In this document: in pieces, positions 32,020 to 44,556 of the stretch
How positions within the stretch are numbered: position 1 is the stretch's first letter
Layout: every line of letters starts with the position of its first letter
Assembly (NCBI GenBank): GCA_964614945.1
Contig: CAZTNW010000002.1
Span: forward strand, 145,242-209,241
Direction of reading: 5' to 3'
DNA: 64,000 bases
Source: an uncultured bacterium
GTDB taxonomy: Bacteria; Caldisericota; JANLFM01
The notes under the pieces: generated by a model
What the model was told of the DNA's origin: nothing
Database searches by the model: none
Seen by the model: only the letters and a program-made list of their open reading frames with translations
Program-made: the position numbers and the translations under genes

Positions 32020-33291
32020 GTCCCTTGCTTCCCCCGCCACGTAAATGGACCCCGTGACAAGGATCAAGTCTTGAGCTTCCGCCTGATCTAAGGCCCAGCC
32101 CACCGCCTCTCTCACAGTCTTCTGCTCTATCCCGCAGAGCCCCATCTTACCGGCAATCCGCAGGATTTCCTTGGAGGGTAAGGCCCGAGAGGACCGGGCC
32201 TGTGTGGCCACCAGCAAGGGGGACATCTTAGCGAATGGAGAGAGAATGCCCGGGAGATCTTTGTCATCTGAGAGGCCGAGAACGAGAAAAAGTCTTTGAA
32301 AAGGCGGTAATTGAGCGAGAGCGGTCGCTACAGCCTTCGCCTTTTCTGGATTGTGTGCGCCATCAATCAGGAGCAGGGGTTCCTTTTGCAGCACCTCAAG
32401 CCGGCCGGGCCAATGCAAGGTCCTCCAGGCCTCCCGCAACTCTCCTTCCCTCCAGCTGAAGCCCCTCTCCTCTAAGAGGAAGAGGAGGGTGAAGGCGAAG
32501 GCCGCATTCTCCAGCTGGTGAAGCCCAAGCAGGGGCAAGAAGACGTTTTCCAACCGCAGGTCCTTGCTTTGTAAGGAAAAAAATTGACCCTCGAGGGAGC
32601 TGGAGATCGGCTCGAATTTGCAGGAAATGCTCTGATAGAGAGGAGCTTTAAGTTCGTTGGCCTTTTTCCGAATTACTTCCATCGCCTCTTCCTTTTGCGG
32701 GGCGACAACCACAGGAACGCCCGGCTTGATGATCCCCGCCTTTTCAGAGGCGATCTGACCGAGGGTATTACCCAGGTGAGCCACATGATCGTAGTCGACC
32801 GGCGTGATGCCGCAGATTAAGGGAAGAAGCACATTCGTGGCATCCAGGCGACCCCCCATGCCTACCTCCACTACTGCCAGATCCACCGTCCTTTCCGCAA
32901 AATATAGAAAGGCTAGAGCGACACCCATCTCAAAGTAAGTGGGATCGCCCAGTTCGCTTCGTCCCGACTCTCTCGCCTGGGGAACTATTCTCTCCACGAT
33001 CCGGACCAGATCATCTTTGCCGATCAACTGTTCGTCCACGGAGACCCTCTCCCTGTAGCTCTGAAGGTGGGGCTTAGTCAGCAGACCCGTCCTCCAGCCG
33101 GCACGGGTGAGGACGCTCTGAATCATTTTGCAAGAGGAGCTTTTTCCGCTCGTTCCGGCGATGAGAATCGAAGGGAACTCTTTCTGCGGGTCGTCCAGGC
33201 GTTCCAGGAGGTGCTGGATCCTCGCCAGGCCGAGTTTTGGGGAAAAGCGGTCAGGCGACTCGAGAAAATCTAAGGCTTCCCGGTAATCCAT
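31999..33291 (-). CDS. folC: Bifunctional folylpolyglutamate synthase/dihydrofolate synthase
   Basis: Mur-ligase P-loop IAGTSGKSS and overall FolC architecture. Confidence 0.88.
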   Translation of the reverse strand: MDYREALDFLESPDRFSPKLGLARIQHLLERLDDPQKEFPSILIAGTSGKSSSCKMIQSVLTRAGWRTGLLTKPHLQSYRERVSVDEQLIGKDDLVRIVERIVPQARESGRSELGDPTYFEMGVALAFLYFAERTVDLAVVEVGMGGRLDATNVLLPLICGITPVDYDHVAHLGNTLGQIASEKAGIIKPGVPVVVAPQKEEAMEVIRKKANELKAPLYQSISCKFEPISSSLEGQFFSLQSKDLRLENVFLPLLGLHQLENAAFAFTLLFLLEERGFSWREGELREAWRTLHWPGRLEVLQKEPLLLIDGAHNPEKAKAVATALAQLPPFQRLFLVLGLSDDKDLPGILSPFAKMSPLLVATQARSSRALPSKEILRIAGKMGLCGIEQKTVREAVGWALDQAEAQDLILVTGSIYVAGEARDLYVALN

Positions 33292-35915
33292 TAGGTGCCT
33301 AAATCGCGGAGTATGCGCTGTACCCTCTCTAAGGAGAATTGCAGTTCCTGCGCAAGGGATTGCTGTTTTAGAACGACCTCCTGCGGCGCACGGGACAGGA
33401 ATTCTTCATCCTTGAGCCGAGAACGAGCACGCTCCAGCTCCCCCTCTATCTTTCCTGCATCCTTTTCCATTCGGGAGATGAGCTGTCGGGCTCTCTCGTA
33501 GGACAGGGGAAGGAAGATCTCCATTTCTCGGGCCACGGTCGAGAGGGAGGTGGCTGGACGGCTCTCCACCCGCAAAAATTCCAATTGGCTCAGACGGGCC
33601 AGGGGAAGAATGTACCTTTCTTCCCGACGCAAAAGCTTCTCAATTTCCGGTTCAACGATCAGGGATGCTCGCATTTTCTCTCCGGGAGGGACCTGGGCTT
33701 CAGCGCGCAGGTTGCGCACGGCGCGAACCAACTCCTTGATGACTTCTATTTCCTCCTCGGCTGCCCGGTCCTTTAAGCCGGGATCCGGCAAGGGCCATGG
33801 CGCCACGATGAGGGCCTCGCCCCTTTTTTCTGGCAATTTCTGCCAGAGCTCCTCGGTGATGAAAGGAACGATCGGATGCAAGAGCCGCAGCAGGGCTTCC
33901 AGGCTTTCCCGCATTACGTATTGGGCACAGGCAGCCTCATCGCCTCCGGCGTAAAGATCGACCTTGCACATCTCGATGTACCAATCGCAGTATTCTCCCC
34001 AGAAGAATTCTTCCAGACCATGAGTTGCCTCACCGAAATCAAATTCCTCCAAGCGCTGAGTTGTCTCTTGAATCACCTGCTGCAAGCGGGAAAGGATGTA
34101 GCGGTGAGGGAGCCCCATTTGTTTGGGTTTTTGCGCGTGGTAATTTTCTAATCCCATTAAGACGAAACGGGAGGCGTTCCAGAGCTTGTTGGCGAAGTTT
34201 CGGGAATGCTCAAGTCTTTCCTCCGCCAGGGGGATATCCTGTCCACCCAGGGTGGCCGAGGAGGCCATCGTGAAGCGGAAAGCGTCCGTGCCGTATTTTT
34301 CCATCTTCTCCATTGGGTCGATGACGTTTCCCAGTGAGCGGGACATCTTCCGTCCCTTGCCGTCACGAATCAGCCCGTGTATGTAGACTTTGTGGAAAGG
34401 AACCTGATGCATGAAAAACAGGGAAGCCATGATCATCCGCGCTACCCAGAAGAAAATTATATCGTAGCCGGTAGAGAGCACCTGGTTGGGGAAGAAGTAG
34501 TGGAGTTCCGGAGTATCTTCCGGCCATCCCAGGATGGCGAAGGGCCAGAGGTTGGAGGAGAACCAGGTGTCTAAAGCATCCGGATCCTGCTCAATTTCTC
34601 CGGAGCCACAGGCCGGGCATTTTGTCGGATCCTCTTCCGTCACGCACATCTCGCCGCAAGAATTGCAGTAGAAGACAGGGATGCGATGTCCCCACCAGAT
34701 TTGTCGAGAAATGCACCAATCGCGGATATTCTCCATCCAGTTGAGGTAAACCTTGGTCCAGCGGGAAGGAGCGAAGACCACCTCTCCCTTTCTCACGCAC
34801 TCGATCGCCGGCCGGGCAAACGGTTTCATGCGCACGAACCACTGCCGGGAGAGAAGAGGTTCTACCGCGTCATGGCAACGGTAGCAATGGCCGACGGCGT
34901 GCGAGTAATTCTCTTCCTTTTCCAGCAAACCTTCCCTCTCCAGCTGCTCAATCACTTTCTCTCGCGCCAGATAGCGGTCAATCCCCCGGAAAGGGCCTGC
35001 TTCCTCGGTCATTTGACCATCCTCGCCGATTACAAGCACCGGCAGAAGGCCGTGCCGCTGTCCGATTTCGAAGTCGGTGGGGTCGTGGGCGGGCGTGATC
35101 TTGACCGCTCCGCTGCCAAAACAAGGATCCACCGCCCCATCTGCTACGATGGGGATTTTACGGTGCAGGATGGGGAGGGTAACTTCCTGGCCAACCAGGG
35201 CGCGATAGCGCTGATCCCCGGGGTGTACCGCCACCCCCGTATCCCCCAAGATAGTCTCCGGCCTGGTGGTGGCGACCGTGATGTAGCCCTCTCCTTCTGT
35301 GAAGGGATAACGCACGTACCAGAGATGCCCCTGCTCTTCCTCGTGCTCTACTTCGATGTCGGAGAGGGCTGTACGGCATCTGGGGCACCACTGGGTGATA
35401 TAGGAGCCCCGATAGATCAGCCCCTCCTGGAAAAGACGAACGAATTGGCGGCGCACGGCCCGCTGATAAGAAGGGTCCAGCGTGAAACGGGTCCTCTCCC
35501 AGTCCGCGGAGGCGCCAAGCCGGTGCAGCTGTTCCACTACGTAGCTGCACTGTTCTTCCTTCCAGGCATAAGAGCGCTCCAGGAACCTTTCCCTCCCGAG
35601 CGCGAAACGGCTCAAGCCCTCCTTTTGTAATTGCCTCTCGACGGCATTCTGAAAGGCAAGGCCGGCATGGTCGAGGCCCGGCACCCAAAGGGCATTGTAT
35701 CCTCGCATGCGATAAAAACGGGTGAGGAGGTCCTGCAGGGTCAAATTAAAGCCATGGCCGATGTGAAGGGAACCGTACACATTCGGTGGAGGCATGGAGA
35801 TGACGAAGGGCTCACGCGCGGAATCTACCGATGCGCGGAACCATCCCCCTTCCATCCAGAAGTCATAAATTCTTCTCTCGACCCCTCTGGGGTCATAGGC
35901 TGCGGCAATTTCCAT
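33291..35915 (-). CDS. valS: Valine--tRNA ligase
   Basis: Class I HIGH and KMSKS (KMSRSLGN) motifs and a C-terminal coiled coil. ATG at 35915 is preceded by AAAGGAGGAA. Confidence 0.95.
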   Translation of the reverse strand: MEIAAAYDPRGVERRIYDFWMEGGWFRASVDSAREPFVISMPPPNVYGSLHIGHGFNLTLQDLLTRFYRMRGYNALWVPGLDHAGLAFQNAVERQLQKEGLSRFALGRERFLERSYAWKEEQCSYVVEQLHRLGASADWERTRFTLDPSYQRAVRRQFVRLFQEGLIYRGSYITQWCPRCRTALSDIEVEHEEEQGHLWYVRYPFTEGEGYITVATTRPETILGDTGVAVHPGDQRYRALVGQEVTLPILHRKIPIVADGAVDPCFGSGAVKITPAHDPTDFEIGQRHGLLPVLVIGEDGQMTEEAGPFRGIDRYLAREKVIEQLEREGLLEKEENYSHAVGHCYRCHDAVEPLLSRQWFVRMKPFARPAIECVRKGEVVFAPSRWTKVYLNWMENIRDWCISRQIWWGHRIPVFYCNSCGEMCVTEEDPTKCPACGSGEIEQDPDALDTWFSSNLWPFAILGWPEDTPELHYFFPNQVLSTGYDIIFFWVARMIMASLFFMHQVPFHKVYIHGLIRDGKGRKMSRSLGNVIDPMEKMEKYGTDAFRFTMASSATLGGQDIPLAEERLEHSRNFANKLWNASRFVLMGLENYHAQKPKQMGLPHRYILSRLQQVIQETTQRLEEFDFGEATHGLEEFFWGEYCDWYIEMCKVDLYAGGDEAACAQYVMRESLEALLRLLHPIVPFITEELWQKLPEKRGEALIVAPWPLPDPGLKDRAAEEEIEVIKELVRAVRNLRAEAQVPPGEKMRASLIVEPEIEKLLRREERYILPLARLSQLEFLRVESRPATSLSTVAREMEIFLPLSYERARQLISRMEKDAGKIEGELERARSRLKDEEFLSRAPQEVVLKQQSLAQELQFSLERVQRILRDLGT

Positions 35916-36140
35916 GGCTTCCTCCTTTAAAGAAAAAACCTCCGTCAAAGGGCGGAGGTCCGCGGTACCACCTTAGTTTCCAGAACGACACAGACTCTTT
36001 GTGCTTTTAACGCGGACAGCGGGAACGCTTACTCGGTTCAGCGTCCGACTCCAGGAACGACTTCGGCTTCGCCCGCCAGGGACCTCGCACCTTCCGTCCC
36101 CTCTCTGCGGCAGAGGGAAAGCCTACTCCTTTCCCATCAT
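35916..36140 (-). ncRNA. T-box riboswitch leader of valS (putative GUC valine specifier)
   Basis: Conserved T-box AAGGTGGTACCGCG (35974..35961). Terminator hairpin CCTCCGCC/GGCGGAGG plus a U-run (35959..35931). Stem-I AGAGAG/GGUGCGA elements and GAAGUCG (GUC at 36061..36059). Confidence 0.7.
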
Positions 36141-36192
36141 TGCCTTTTCATAGAATTATAAGGGGTCCTGTCAAGCTTTTCCTATCGAGGCC

Positions 36193-36948
36193 TCAACCGA
36201 GGGACAGTCCCCCATCCACCACCAATACCGCCCCGGTGATATAGGATGCCCGGGGCGAAGCGAGAAAGCAAACCAATTCAGCCACATCCTCCGGCTGCCC
36301 CTCTCTTCCCAAGGGGATCCGGCTCAGGTATTTCTCCTTCAAATTCTCCGGCAAATCCGCCGTCATGGCCGTTTTAATATAACCAGGCGCCACCGCGTTC
36401 ACGCGGACCCCTCTGCCCGCCACCTCGCGAGCCAGGGAGCGAGTGAAGCCCACAATTCCCTGCTTGCTGGCGGCATAAACGCTCTGGCCTGTGGATCCCA
36501 CGATGCCGATGATTGACGAGATGTTAATCACTATCCCCTGTCTCAGGTGCAGGAAATTTTTTAAAGCGGCCCGGGTGGTGAATATAGTAGAAAAGAGATT
36601 TACGCGCAGGGCCTCTTCGATCTCGCAGGCTCGGGCGGTGGCGAGGATGCTGTCGCGGGAGACGCCGGCATTATTTACAAGCACGTGCAGGCCGCCGAAA
36701 TCGTTGATTACTCTCTCTACGAGGAGCTGAGCTTCATCTGGGTGAGAGAGGTCTGCCCGGTAAACAGAGGCCTCCCCGCCCCTCCTCTTGATTTCCTCAG
36801 CCACTTTCAGGCCCGCCTCCTCGTTTTGAAAGTAATGAACGGCTACCCTCGCTCCCTCCCTGACCAGGGACAGGGCAATGCTTCTGCCGATACCCCCCGA
36901 TCCTCCAGTGATCAGGGCAATTTTGTCAGATAAGGCCCCGCTTTCCAT
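36193..36948 (-). CDS. fabG: 3-oxoacyl-[ACP] reductase
   Basis: SDR motif TGGSGGIGRS with the YxxxK catalytic region. Start is ATG 36948 or TTG 36960. Confidence 0.9.
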   Translation of the reverse strand: MESGALSDKIALITGGSGGIGRSIALSLVREGARVAVHYFQNEEAGLKVAEEIKRRGGEASVYRADLSHPDEAQLLVERVINDFGGLHVLVNNAGVSRDSILATARACEIEEALRVNLFSTIFTTRAALKNFLHLRQGIVINISSIIGIVGSTGQSVYAASKQGIVGFTRSLAREVAGRGVRVNAVAPGYIKTAMTADLPENLKEKYLSRIPLGREGQPEDVAELVCFLASPRASYITGAVLVVDGGLSLG

Positions 36949-36949
36949 T

Positions 36950-38167
36950 TCAGCTATCAACTTTCTTTAAGACCAGGCAGGCGTTGTGGCCGCCGAACCC
37001 GTAAGAGACCTTCAAGACCGTGCGCACCATCGCTTCCTGCGCCATATTTGGGACATAATTTAAGTCGCAATCAGGGTCGGGAACCCTGTAGTTGATTGTG
37101 GGCGGCACGATCCCCTTCTCCAGGGGAAGGAGGGAGGCGATTGTCTCCACCGCTCCCGCAGCCCCCAGCACATGGCCGATCATGGATTTCGTGGAGCTCA
37201 CGAGCAATCGCCGCGCATGTTCTCCGAACACTCTTTTCAGGGCTAGGGTCTCCAGGCGGTCGTTTAAGAGGGTGGATGTGCCGTGAGCGTTGACATGATC
37301 GACTTCCTCTAGCTTAACCCTGCTCCTATCCAGCGCTTGCTCGATCATGGTGCTCACCGATCTGGCTTCTGGCTCCGGAGCTGTGATGTGATAGGCATCG
37401 TTGGAGCAGCAGTAGCCCGCAATTTCCGCATAAAGATGAGCATTTCTCTCTCTCGCGCTCTTTTCCGACTCTAAGATTAAAATTCCTGCGCCCTCTCCCA
37501 GCACGAAGCCATCCCTTTTTTGATCAAAGGGGCGCGAGCCTGTCCCGGAAAGAGCTCTCATATTGGCAAATCCGGCGAGGGTGAGGGGCAGGATGGGCGC
37601 CTCCGCCCCGCCTGCTACCATTAAATCAGCATCCCCTCGTCTGATTACTTCGTAGGCTTCACCCAGCGCGTTCAGAGAGCTGGCGCAGGCGGTCACGGGA
37701 GACGAGGAATAACCCCTCGCCTTAAATTCTATGGCAATAAAAGCAGCCGCGCTGTTGGCCATCATCATCGGAATGAAAAAGGGACTGACCCGACTCGCGC
37801 CCCTTTCCCGTAGAATCCCTTCCTGCTCAATCAGGGTCCCGATCCCACCGACCGAGGAGCTGACGACGACCCCGGCACGATAGGATTCCAGGCACTCCAG
37901 TCCGCCGTCCGCGAGCGCCATTTTGGCCGCCGCCAGGGCAAACTGGGCGAACCGATCCATCCTGGCGATGTCCTTCGAGGCGATGAAGTCCTCGGCCCGA
38001 AACTCTCTCACCTCGCTGGCGATCTGCACGGGCAAAGAGGAGGGATCGAAAGAGGAAATGCGACCGATCCCGGACCTGCCCTCGCTCAGAGAGGACCAGA
38101 AGCTTTCCTTCCCCATCCCGATACTGCTGATTACTCCAACGCCGGTGATAAATACGCGGGAATTCAA
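36950..38167 (-). CDS. fabF: 3-oxoacyl-[ACP] synthase II
   Basis: KAS II fold with the active-site Cys region and the His-His dyad. TTG start (MNSRVFITGVGV) is preferred; the tracked ORF has an N-terminal extension. Confidence 0.9.
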   Translation of the reverse strand: MNSRVFITGVGVISSIGMGKESFWSSLSEGRSGIGRISSFDPSSLPVQIASEVREFRAEDFIASKDIARMDRFAQFALAAAKMALADGGLECLESYRAGVVVSSSVGGIGTLIEQEGILRERGASRVSPFFIPMMMANSAAAFIAIEFKARGYSSSPVTACASSLNALGEAYEVIRRGDADLMVAGGAEAPILPLTLAGFANMRALSGTGSRPFDQKRDGFVLGEGAGILILESEKSARERNAHLYAEIAGYCCSNDAYHITAPEPEARSVSTMIEQALDRSRVKLEEVDHVNAHGTSTLLNDRLETLALKRVFGEHARRLLVSSTKSMIGHVLGAAGAVETIASLLPLEKGIVPPTINYRVPDPDCDLNYVPNMAQEAMVRTVLKVSYGFGGHNACLVLKKVDS

Positions 38168-38183
38168 AAACTCCTCCCCCTTC

Positions 38184-38429
38184 TCATGCAGAGGGGCGGG
38201 CCCTGAGAAACTCGACGGCCTGGGACACGGTCTGAATTTTCTCCAGCTCATTATCAGGGATCTTGCATTGAAACTCGTCCTCGAGGGCCATGGCGAGATC
38301 CACCATGCCCAGGGAGTCCGCCCCCAGGTCCTCGACGAATCTTGACTCGGGCAGAACGTCTTCCTTCTTCACTCCCAGACGAGCGCTCACAACTTTCCGG
38401 AGTCTCCCTAAGATTTCATTCTCTTCCAT
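38184..38429 (-). CDS. acpP: Acyl carrier protein
   Basis: Phosphopantetheine attachment DLGADSLGMVDL. The second ATG has GGAGG 9 nt upstream. Confidence 0.92.
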   Translation of the reverse strand: MEENEILGRLRKVVSARLGVKKEDVLPESRFVEDLGADSLGMVDLAMALEDEFQCKIPDNELEKIQTVSQAVEFLRARPSA

Positions 38430-38463
38430 CTCTGAAACCTCCATTAAAAAGATTATTAGTCCA

Positions 38464-39369
38464 TCAGCTTGCGGAATAAATGCCCTCGACAGCCTCGACG
38501 TAAGCGTCGGAACATACCTTTTTCGCCAGAGTCCTTAATACGCTGCGCGGCCCGACTTCCAGGAACTCTTTCACCCCCTCTCCACGCAGCTGCTCCACGC
38601 ACCCGATCCAGTTTACCTGCGACTCCATCTGCTTGCCCATGGCCTCCTTGATCGCCGCTCCCTCCGCGAGGATCCGCGTCCCGACGTTCATTAGGACAGG
38701 GGGTTGGGCCCGGCCATAATTGATTTTTTCCAGCTCGCAGAGGAAAAGCTCAGCCGCCTTTTTCATCAGGGATGAATGGAAGGGGGCCGACACCGGCAAC
38801 GACTTGACTAATTTGGCGCCTGCGTGGCGCGCCAATTCCTCAGCCTTAAGCAGCGCCGGCTTTTCTCCCGAGAGGACGACCTGATCCGGTCCGTTCCAGT
38901 TGGCGATCTCTACGATTCCGGAATCAGAAGCGGCGCTAACGATCTCCTTTACCCGGGTCGTCCCCAATCCCACCACCGCGGTCATCCCCCCGCCCTTTTC
39001 CCGGGCCTGTTCCCTCATTAACTCCCCTCTTTTACGCACGAGCCTCAGGGCCTGGGAGAAGCCCATTACTCCGCTTACGACAAGTGCTGAAAATTCGCCC
39101 AGGCTATGACCGCAGCAGAAATCGGGTTCGATTCCCTTCCATTTGAGGAATTCAGCCCAGGCTACCGATGTCATCAGTATTGCCGGTTGCGCATTTTCTG
39201 TCTGGTTCAGTTCTTCCTCGGGGCCGATGCGGGTAAGTTCGTACAGACCGAGGTTCAAAATATGATCAGCCTCCTGGAAAATCCCTCGGGCAGCGGGGTA
39301 TATCCTCTCTATCTTTTCCGTCATTCCCACATACTGAGAGCCCTGGCCGGGGAACATAAAGGCGCGCAT
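38464..39369 (-). CDS. fabD: Malonyl CoA-ACP transacylase
   Basis: N-terminus FMFPGQGSQYVGM and active site GHSLGE. Confidence 0.92.
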   Translation of the reverse strand: MRAFMFPGQGSQYVGMTEKIERIYPAARGIFQEADHILNLGLYELTRIGPEEELNQTENAQPAILMTSVAWAEFLKWKGIEPDFCCGHSLGEFSALVVSGVMGFSQALRLVRKRGELMREQAREKGGGMTAVVGLGTTRVKEIVSAASDSGIVEIANWNGPDQVVLSGEKPALLKAEELARHAGAKLVKSLPVSAPFHSSLMKKAAELFLCELEKINYGRAQPPVLMNVGTRILAEGAAIKEAMGKQMESQVNWIGCVEQLRGEGVKEFLEVGPRSVLRTLAKKVCSDAYVEAVEGIYSAS

Positions 39370-40283
39370 TAAGTCCGATTCTCCTCTCCTACAATCTCCT
39401 TGACTATCTCTTTGACCGGCCTGATCTCCTTGATCAGGCCGGAAATTGCGCCGGCCATTACCGACCCGTTTTCCACATCCCCCTCCAGCGCGGCTTTTCT
39501 CAGCCTTCCTTCCCCCAGGCGCTCAAACTCTTCGCTTGGGCATCCCTTCCTCTCCTTTTCCTCGAGCAGGCGCGAAAAAGGGTTCTTGATTACACGGACG
39601 GGATGGCCGGTGATCCGACCCGTGATTACTGTAGCCCGATCACCGGCCTGGATGACCTTCTGCTTGTAGCGGATGTGCGCCTCACACTCGGAGGAGCAGA
39701 TGAAGCGCGTGCCCACCTGAACTCCGGAGGCGCCCAGGGCCAGTGCCGCACGAAACCCCCTGTTGTCGGCTATCCCTCCGGCGGCGATCACGGGTATCTT
39801 TACCGCATCCACGACCTGGGGTATTAAGCAGAAGGAGGTCGTCTCCCCCACATGTCCGCCCGACTCCATTCCTTCTGCCACCACTGCGTGCGCCCCGCAT
39901 CCTTCCATTCTTTTGGCCAGGGCCACCGAGGCCACAACAGGGATCACCTTCAGCCCGGCCTCACGTAACTGGGGCATAAAAGGGGAGGGATTTCCCCCAC
40001 CGGTGAAGACGACCGGCACTCCCTCCTCTAGAACCACCCTCATCGCCATGGGAGCTGTAGGGGAAAGGAGGACGACGTTGGCCCCGAAGGGCTTACCGGT
40101 CAGCTCCCTGACCTGGCGGATCTGTTGACGAAAATCCTCCGGCTCCATCGTGCCGGCGGCGACCACTCCCAGCCCACCGGCCTCAGATACGCTGGCAGCA
40201 AGCCTCGGCGTGGATATCCAGGCCATTCCACCCTGAATTAGGGGATAGCAAATTTGCAGTAAAAGGGAGATAGGGTTGCTCAT
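39369..40283 (-). CDS. fabK: Enoyl-[ACP] reductase II (FMN-dependent, nitronate monooxygenase fold)
   Basis: NMO/FabK fold with GGMAWIS and a Gly-rich FMN site, at the enoyl-reductase position in the FASII cluster. No fabI is present in the window. Confidence 0.8.
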   Translation of the reverse strand: MSNPISLLLQICYPLIQGGMAWISTPRLAASVSEAGGLGVVAAGTMEPEDFRQQIRQVRELTGKPFGANVVLLSPTAPMAMRVVLEEGVPVVFTGGGNPSPFMPQLREAGLKVIPVVASVALAKRMEGCGAHAVVAEGMESGGHVGETTSFCLIPQVVDAVKIPVIAAGGIADNRGFRAALALGASGVQVGTRFICSSECEAHIRYKQKVIQAGDRATVITGRITGHPVRVIKNPFSRLLEEKERKGCPSEEFERLGEGRLRKAALEGDVENGSVMAGAISGLIKEIRPVKEIVKEIVGEENRT

Positions 40284-40286
40284 ATT

Positions 40287-41279
40287 TCAGAAAATTGAGG
40301 GCCAGCGCAGGACGACAGAACCCCAGGTAAATCCCGCTCCGAACCCGGCAAGTAGCAGTTTCGTGCCCGCCCTGATCTTCCCCTCGTTCAGGCCCTCTTG
40401 GATTGTCAGGGGGATAGAGGCGGCGGAGGTGTTTCCGTATTTGTGCAAGGATATGAGGACCTTCTCTATCGGGATCGCCAGGCGCTCGGCGACGGCCACA
40501 ATAATCCTTAAATTAGCTTGATGGGGCACGAAAAGGTCGATTTCCTCCTGTTTCAGGCCGGAATCCCTCAAAGCCTGAAGGCTGGCCAGGGACATTTTTT
40601 CAACTGCCCACTTAAAGACCTCTCGTCCCTGCATCTTGATGTAATGAAGCCCGGAGGCGACAGTCTCTCGAGAGGCCGGCAGGTAGGATCCTCCCGCCGG
40701 CAACTCTAAAAACTGTCCCCCCTGGCCGTTGGCCTCGAGTCTGAAGCAAAGAAACTGTTTTTCCCTGCCCCTGCCCAGAAGCATCGCCCCTGCGCCGTCT
40801 CCCATGAGCACGCATGTGGAACGATCTTCCATGTCCAGAAATTTGGAGAGGGTTTCAGCGCCGATAACGAGGATATAGCGGTAAGAACCCGTTGTTATCA
40901 ATTGTGCGGCGACGCAGAGCGCATAAATAAAGCCGGAGCATCCGGCCGATAAATCAAAAGCAGCGGCCCGATAAGCGCCGATCTTTCCCTGCACGATGCA
41001 GGCGGTGGAGGGGAAAAGATGGTCGGGAGTGGCCGTGGCCACGATGAGGAGGTCGATCTCCTCCGGCTTGATCTTCGCCTTCGCCAGCGCGTTCAGAGCG
41101 GCCAGGCTGGCCAGATCCGAGGTGCATACCCCTGGCTCGACGAACCTCCTTTCCAGGATTCCCGTGCGGGAGCGGATCCACTCCTCAGAAGTGTCGAGCA
41201 TGCGGCAAAATTCGGAATTAGGGACCACTTTTTCCGGTGCATAAATGCCCAGGCTGAGAATTCCGGCCTCGAAGCTCAT
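40287..41279 (-). CDS. fabH: 3-oxoacyl-[ACP] synthase III
   Basis: KAS III; the C-terminal region GFGAGFTWGS. Confidence 0.92.
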   Translation of the reverse strand: MSFEAGILSLGIYAPEKVVPNSEFCRMLDTSEEWIRSRTGILERRFVEPGVCTSDLASLAALNALAKAKIKPEEIDLLIVATATPDHLFPSTACIVQGKIGAYRAAAFDLSAGCSGFIYALCVAAQLITTGSYRYILVIGAETLSKFLDMEDRSTCVLMGDGAGAMLLGRGREKQFLCFRLEANGQGGQFLELPAGGSYLPASRETVASGLHYIKMQGREVFKWAVEKMSLASLQALRDSGLKQEEIDLFVPHQANLRIIVAVAERLAIPIEKVLISLHKYGNTSAASIPLTIQEGLNEGKIRAGTKLLLAGFGAGFTWGSVVLRWPSIF

Positions 41280-41710
41280 CTTTTCTCCTTGAGTACCGCC
41301 AGGAGTTCAGCCTCCGCTACAACCGCTCCCTTTGCCCGCACGACTCCCCGGCAAAGGCCTGATCCTTCTCTCCAGCGGCCGATTCGAGTTTCGATGAGTA
41401 GTTCGTCTCCGGGCAGAGCTGGCCGGCGGAAACGAGCCTTCTCGACGCCGGCAAGCAAAACGAGTTTGCCAGCGCTATCTTTCTGCGTTAAAAGGGCGAT
41501 AGCTCCTACCTGGCCGATACATTCGAGCAGGAGGACTCCGGGCATCAAGGGAAAGGAGGGAAAGTGCCCCTGGAGGTAGAAGTCCTCGGGGCCGACTGTT
41601 TTAATCCCCTCCGCATACTGGCCGGGGAGGAAATCTAAAATGCGATCAATGAACAAAAAAGGAGAGCGGTGCGGGATAATCTTGCAGATCTCTTCTCGGT
41701 TTAGTTCCAT
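41276..41710 (-). CDS. fabZ: 3-hydroxyacyl-[ACP] dehydratase
   Basis: Hot-dog fold with LPHRSPFLFIDR and GHFP motifs. ATGA overlap with fabH. Confidence 0.9.
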   Translation of the reverse strand: MELNREEICKIIPHRSPFLFIDRILDFLPGQYAEGIKTVGPEDFYLQGHFPSFPLMPGVLLLECIGQVGAIALLTQKDSAGKLVLLAGVEKARFRRPALPGDELLIETRIGRWREGSGLCRGVVRAKGAVVAEAELLAVLKEKR

Positions 41711-41781
41711 TTTCCTCCCTCAGGGGTTTTTATTATTAGAAGGTCGCAAAATACGAAATGGTTACAGGACAACAGCCGTGA

Positions 41782-44549
<2,768 letters not shown>

Positions 44550-44556
44550 CTTCTCC

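Noticed and set aside
36155-36174. TTGACA ... TATAAT upstream of the valS T-box leader as a sigma-70 promoter.
   Set aside because: The spacing between the hexamers is only 8 nt. A TATGAA at a 16-nt spacing is a weaker alternative, so the promoter remains unassigned.
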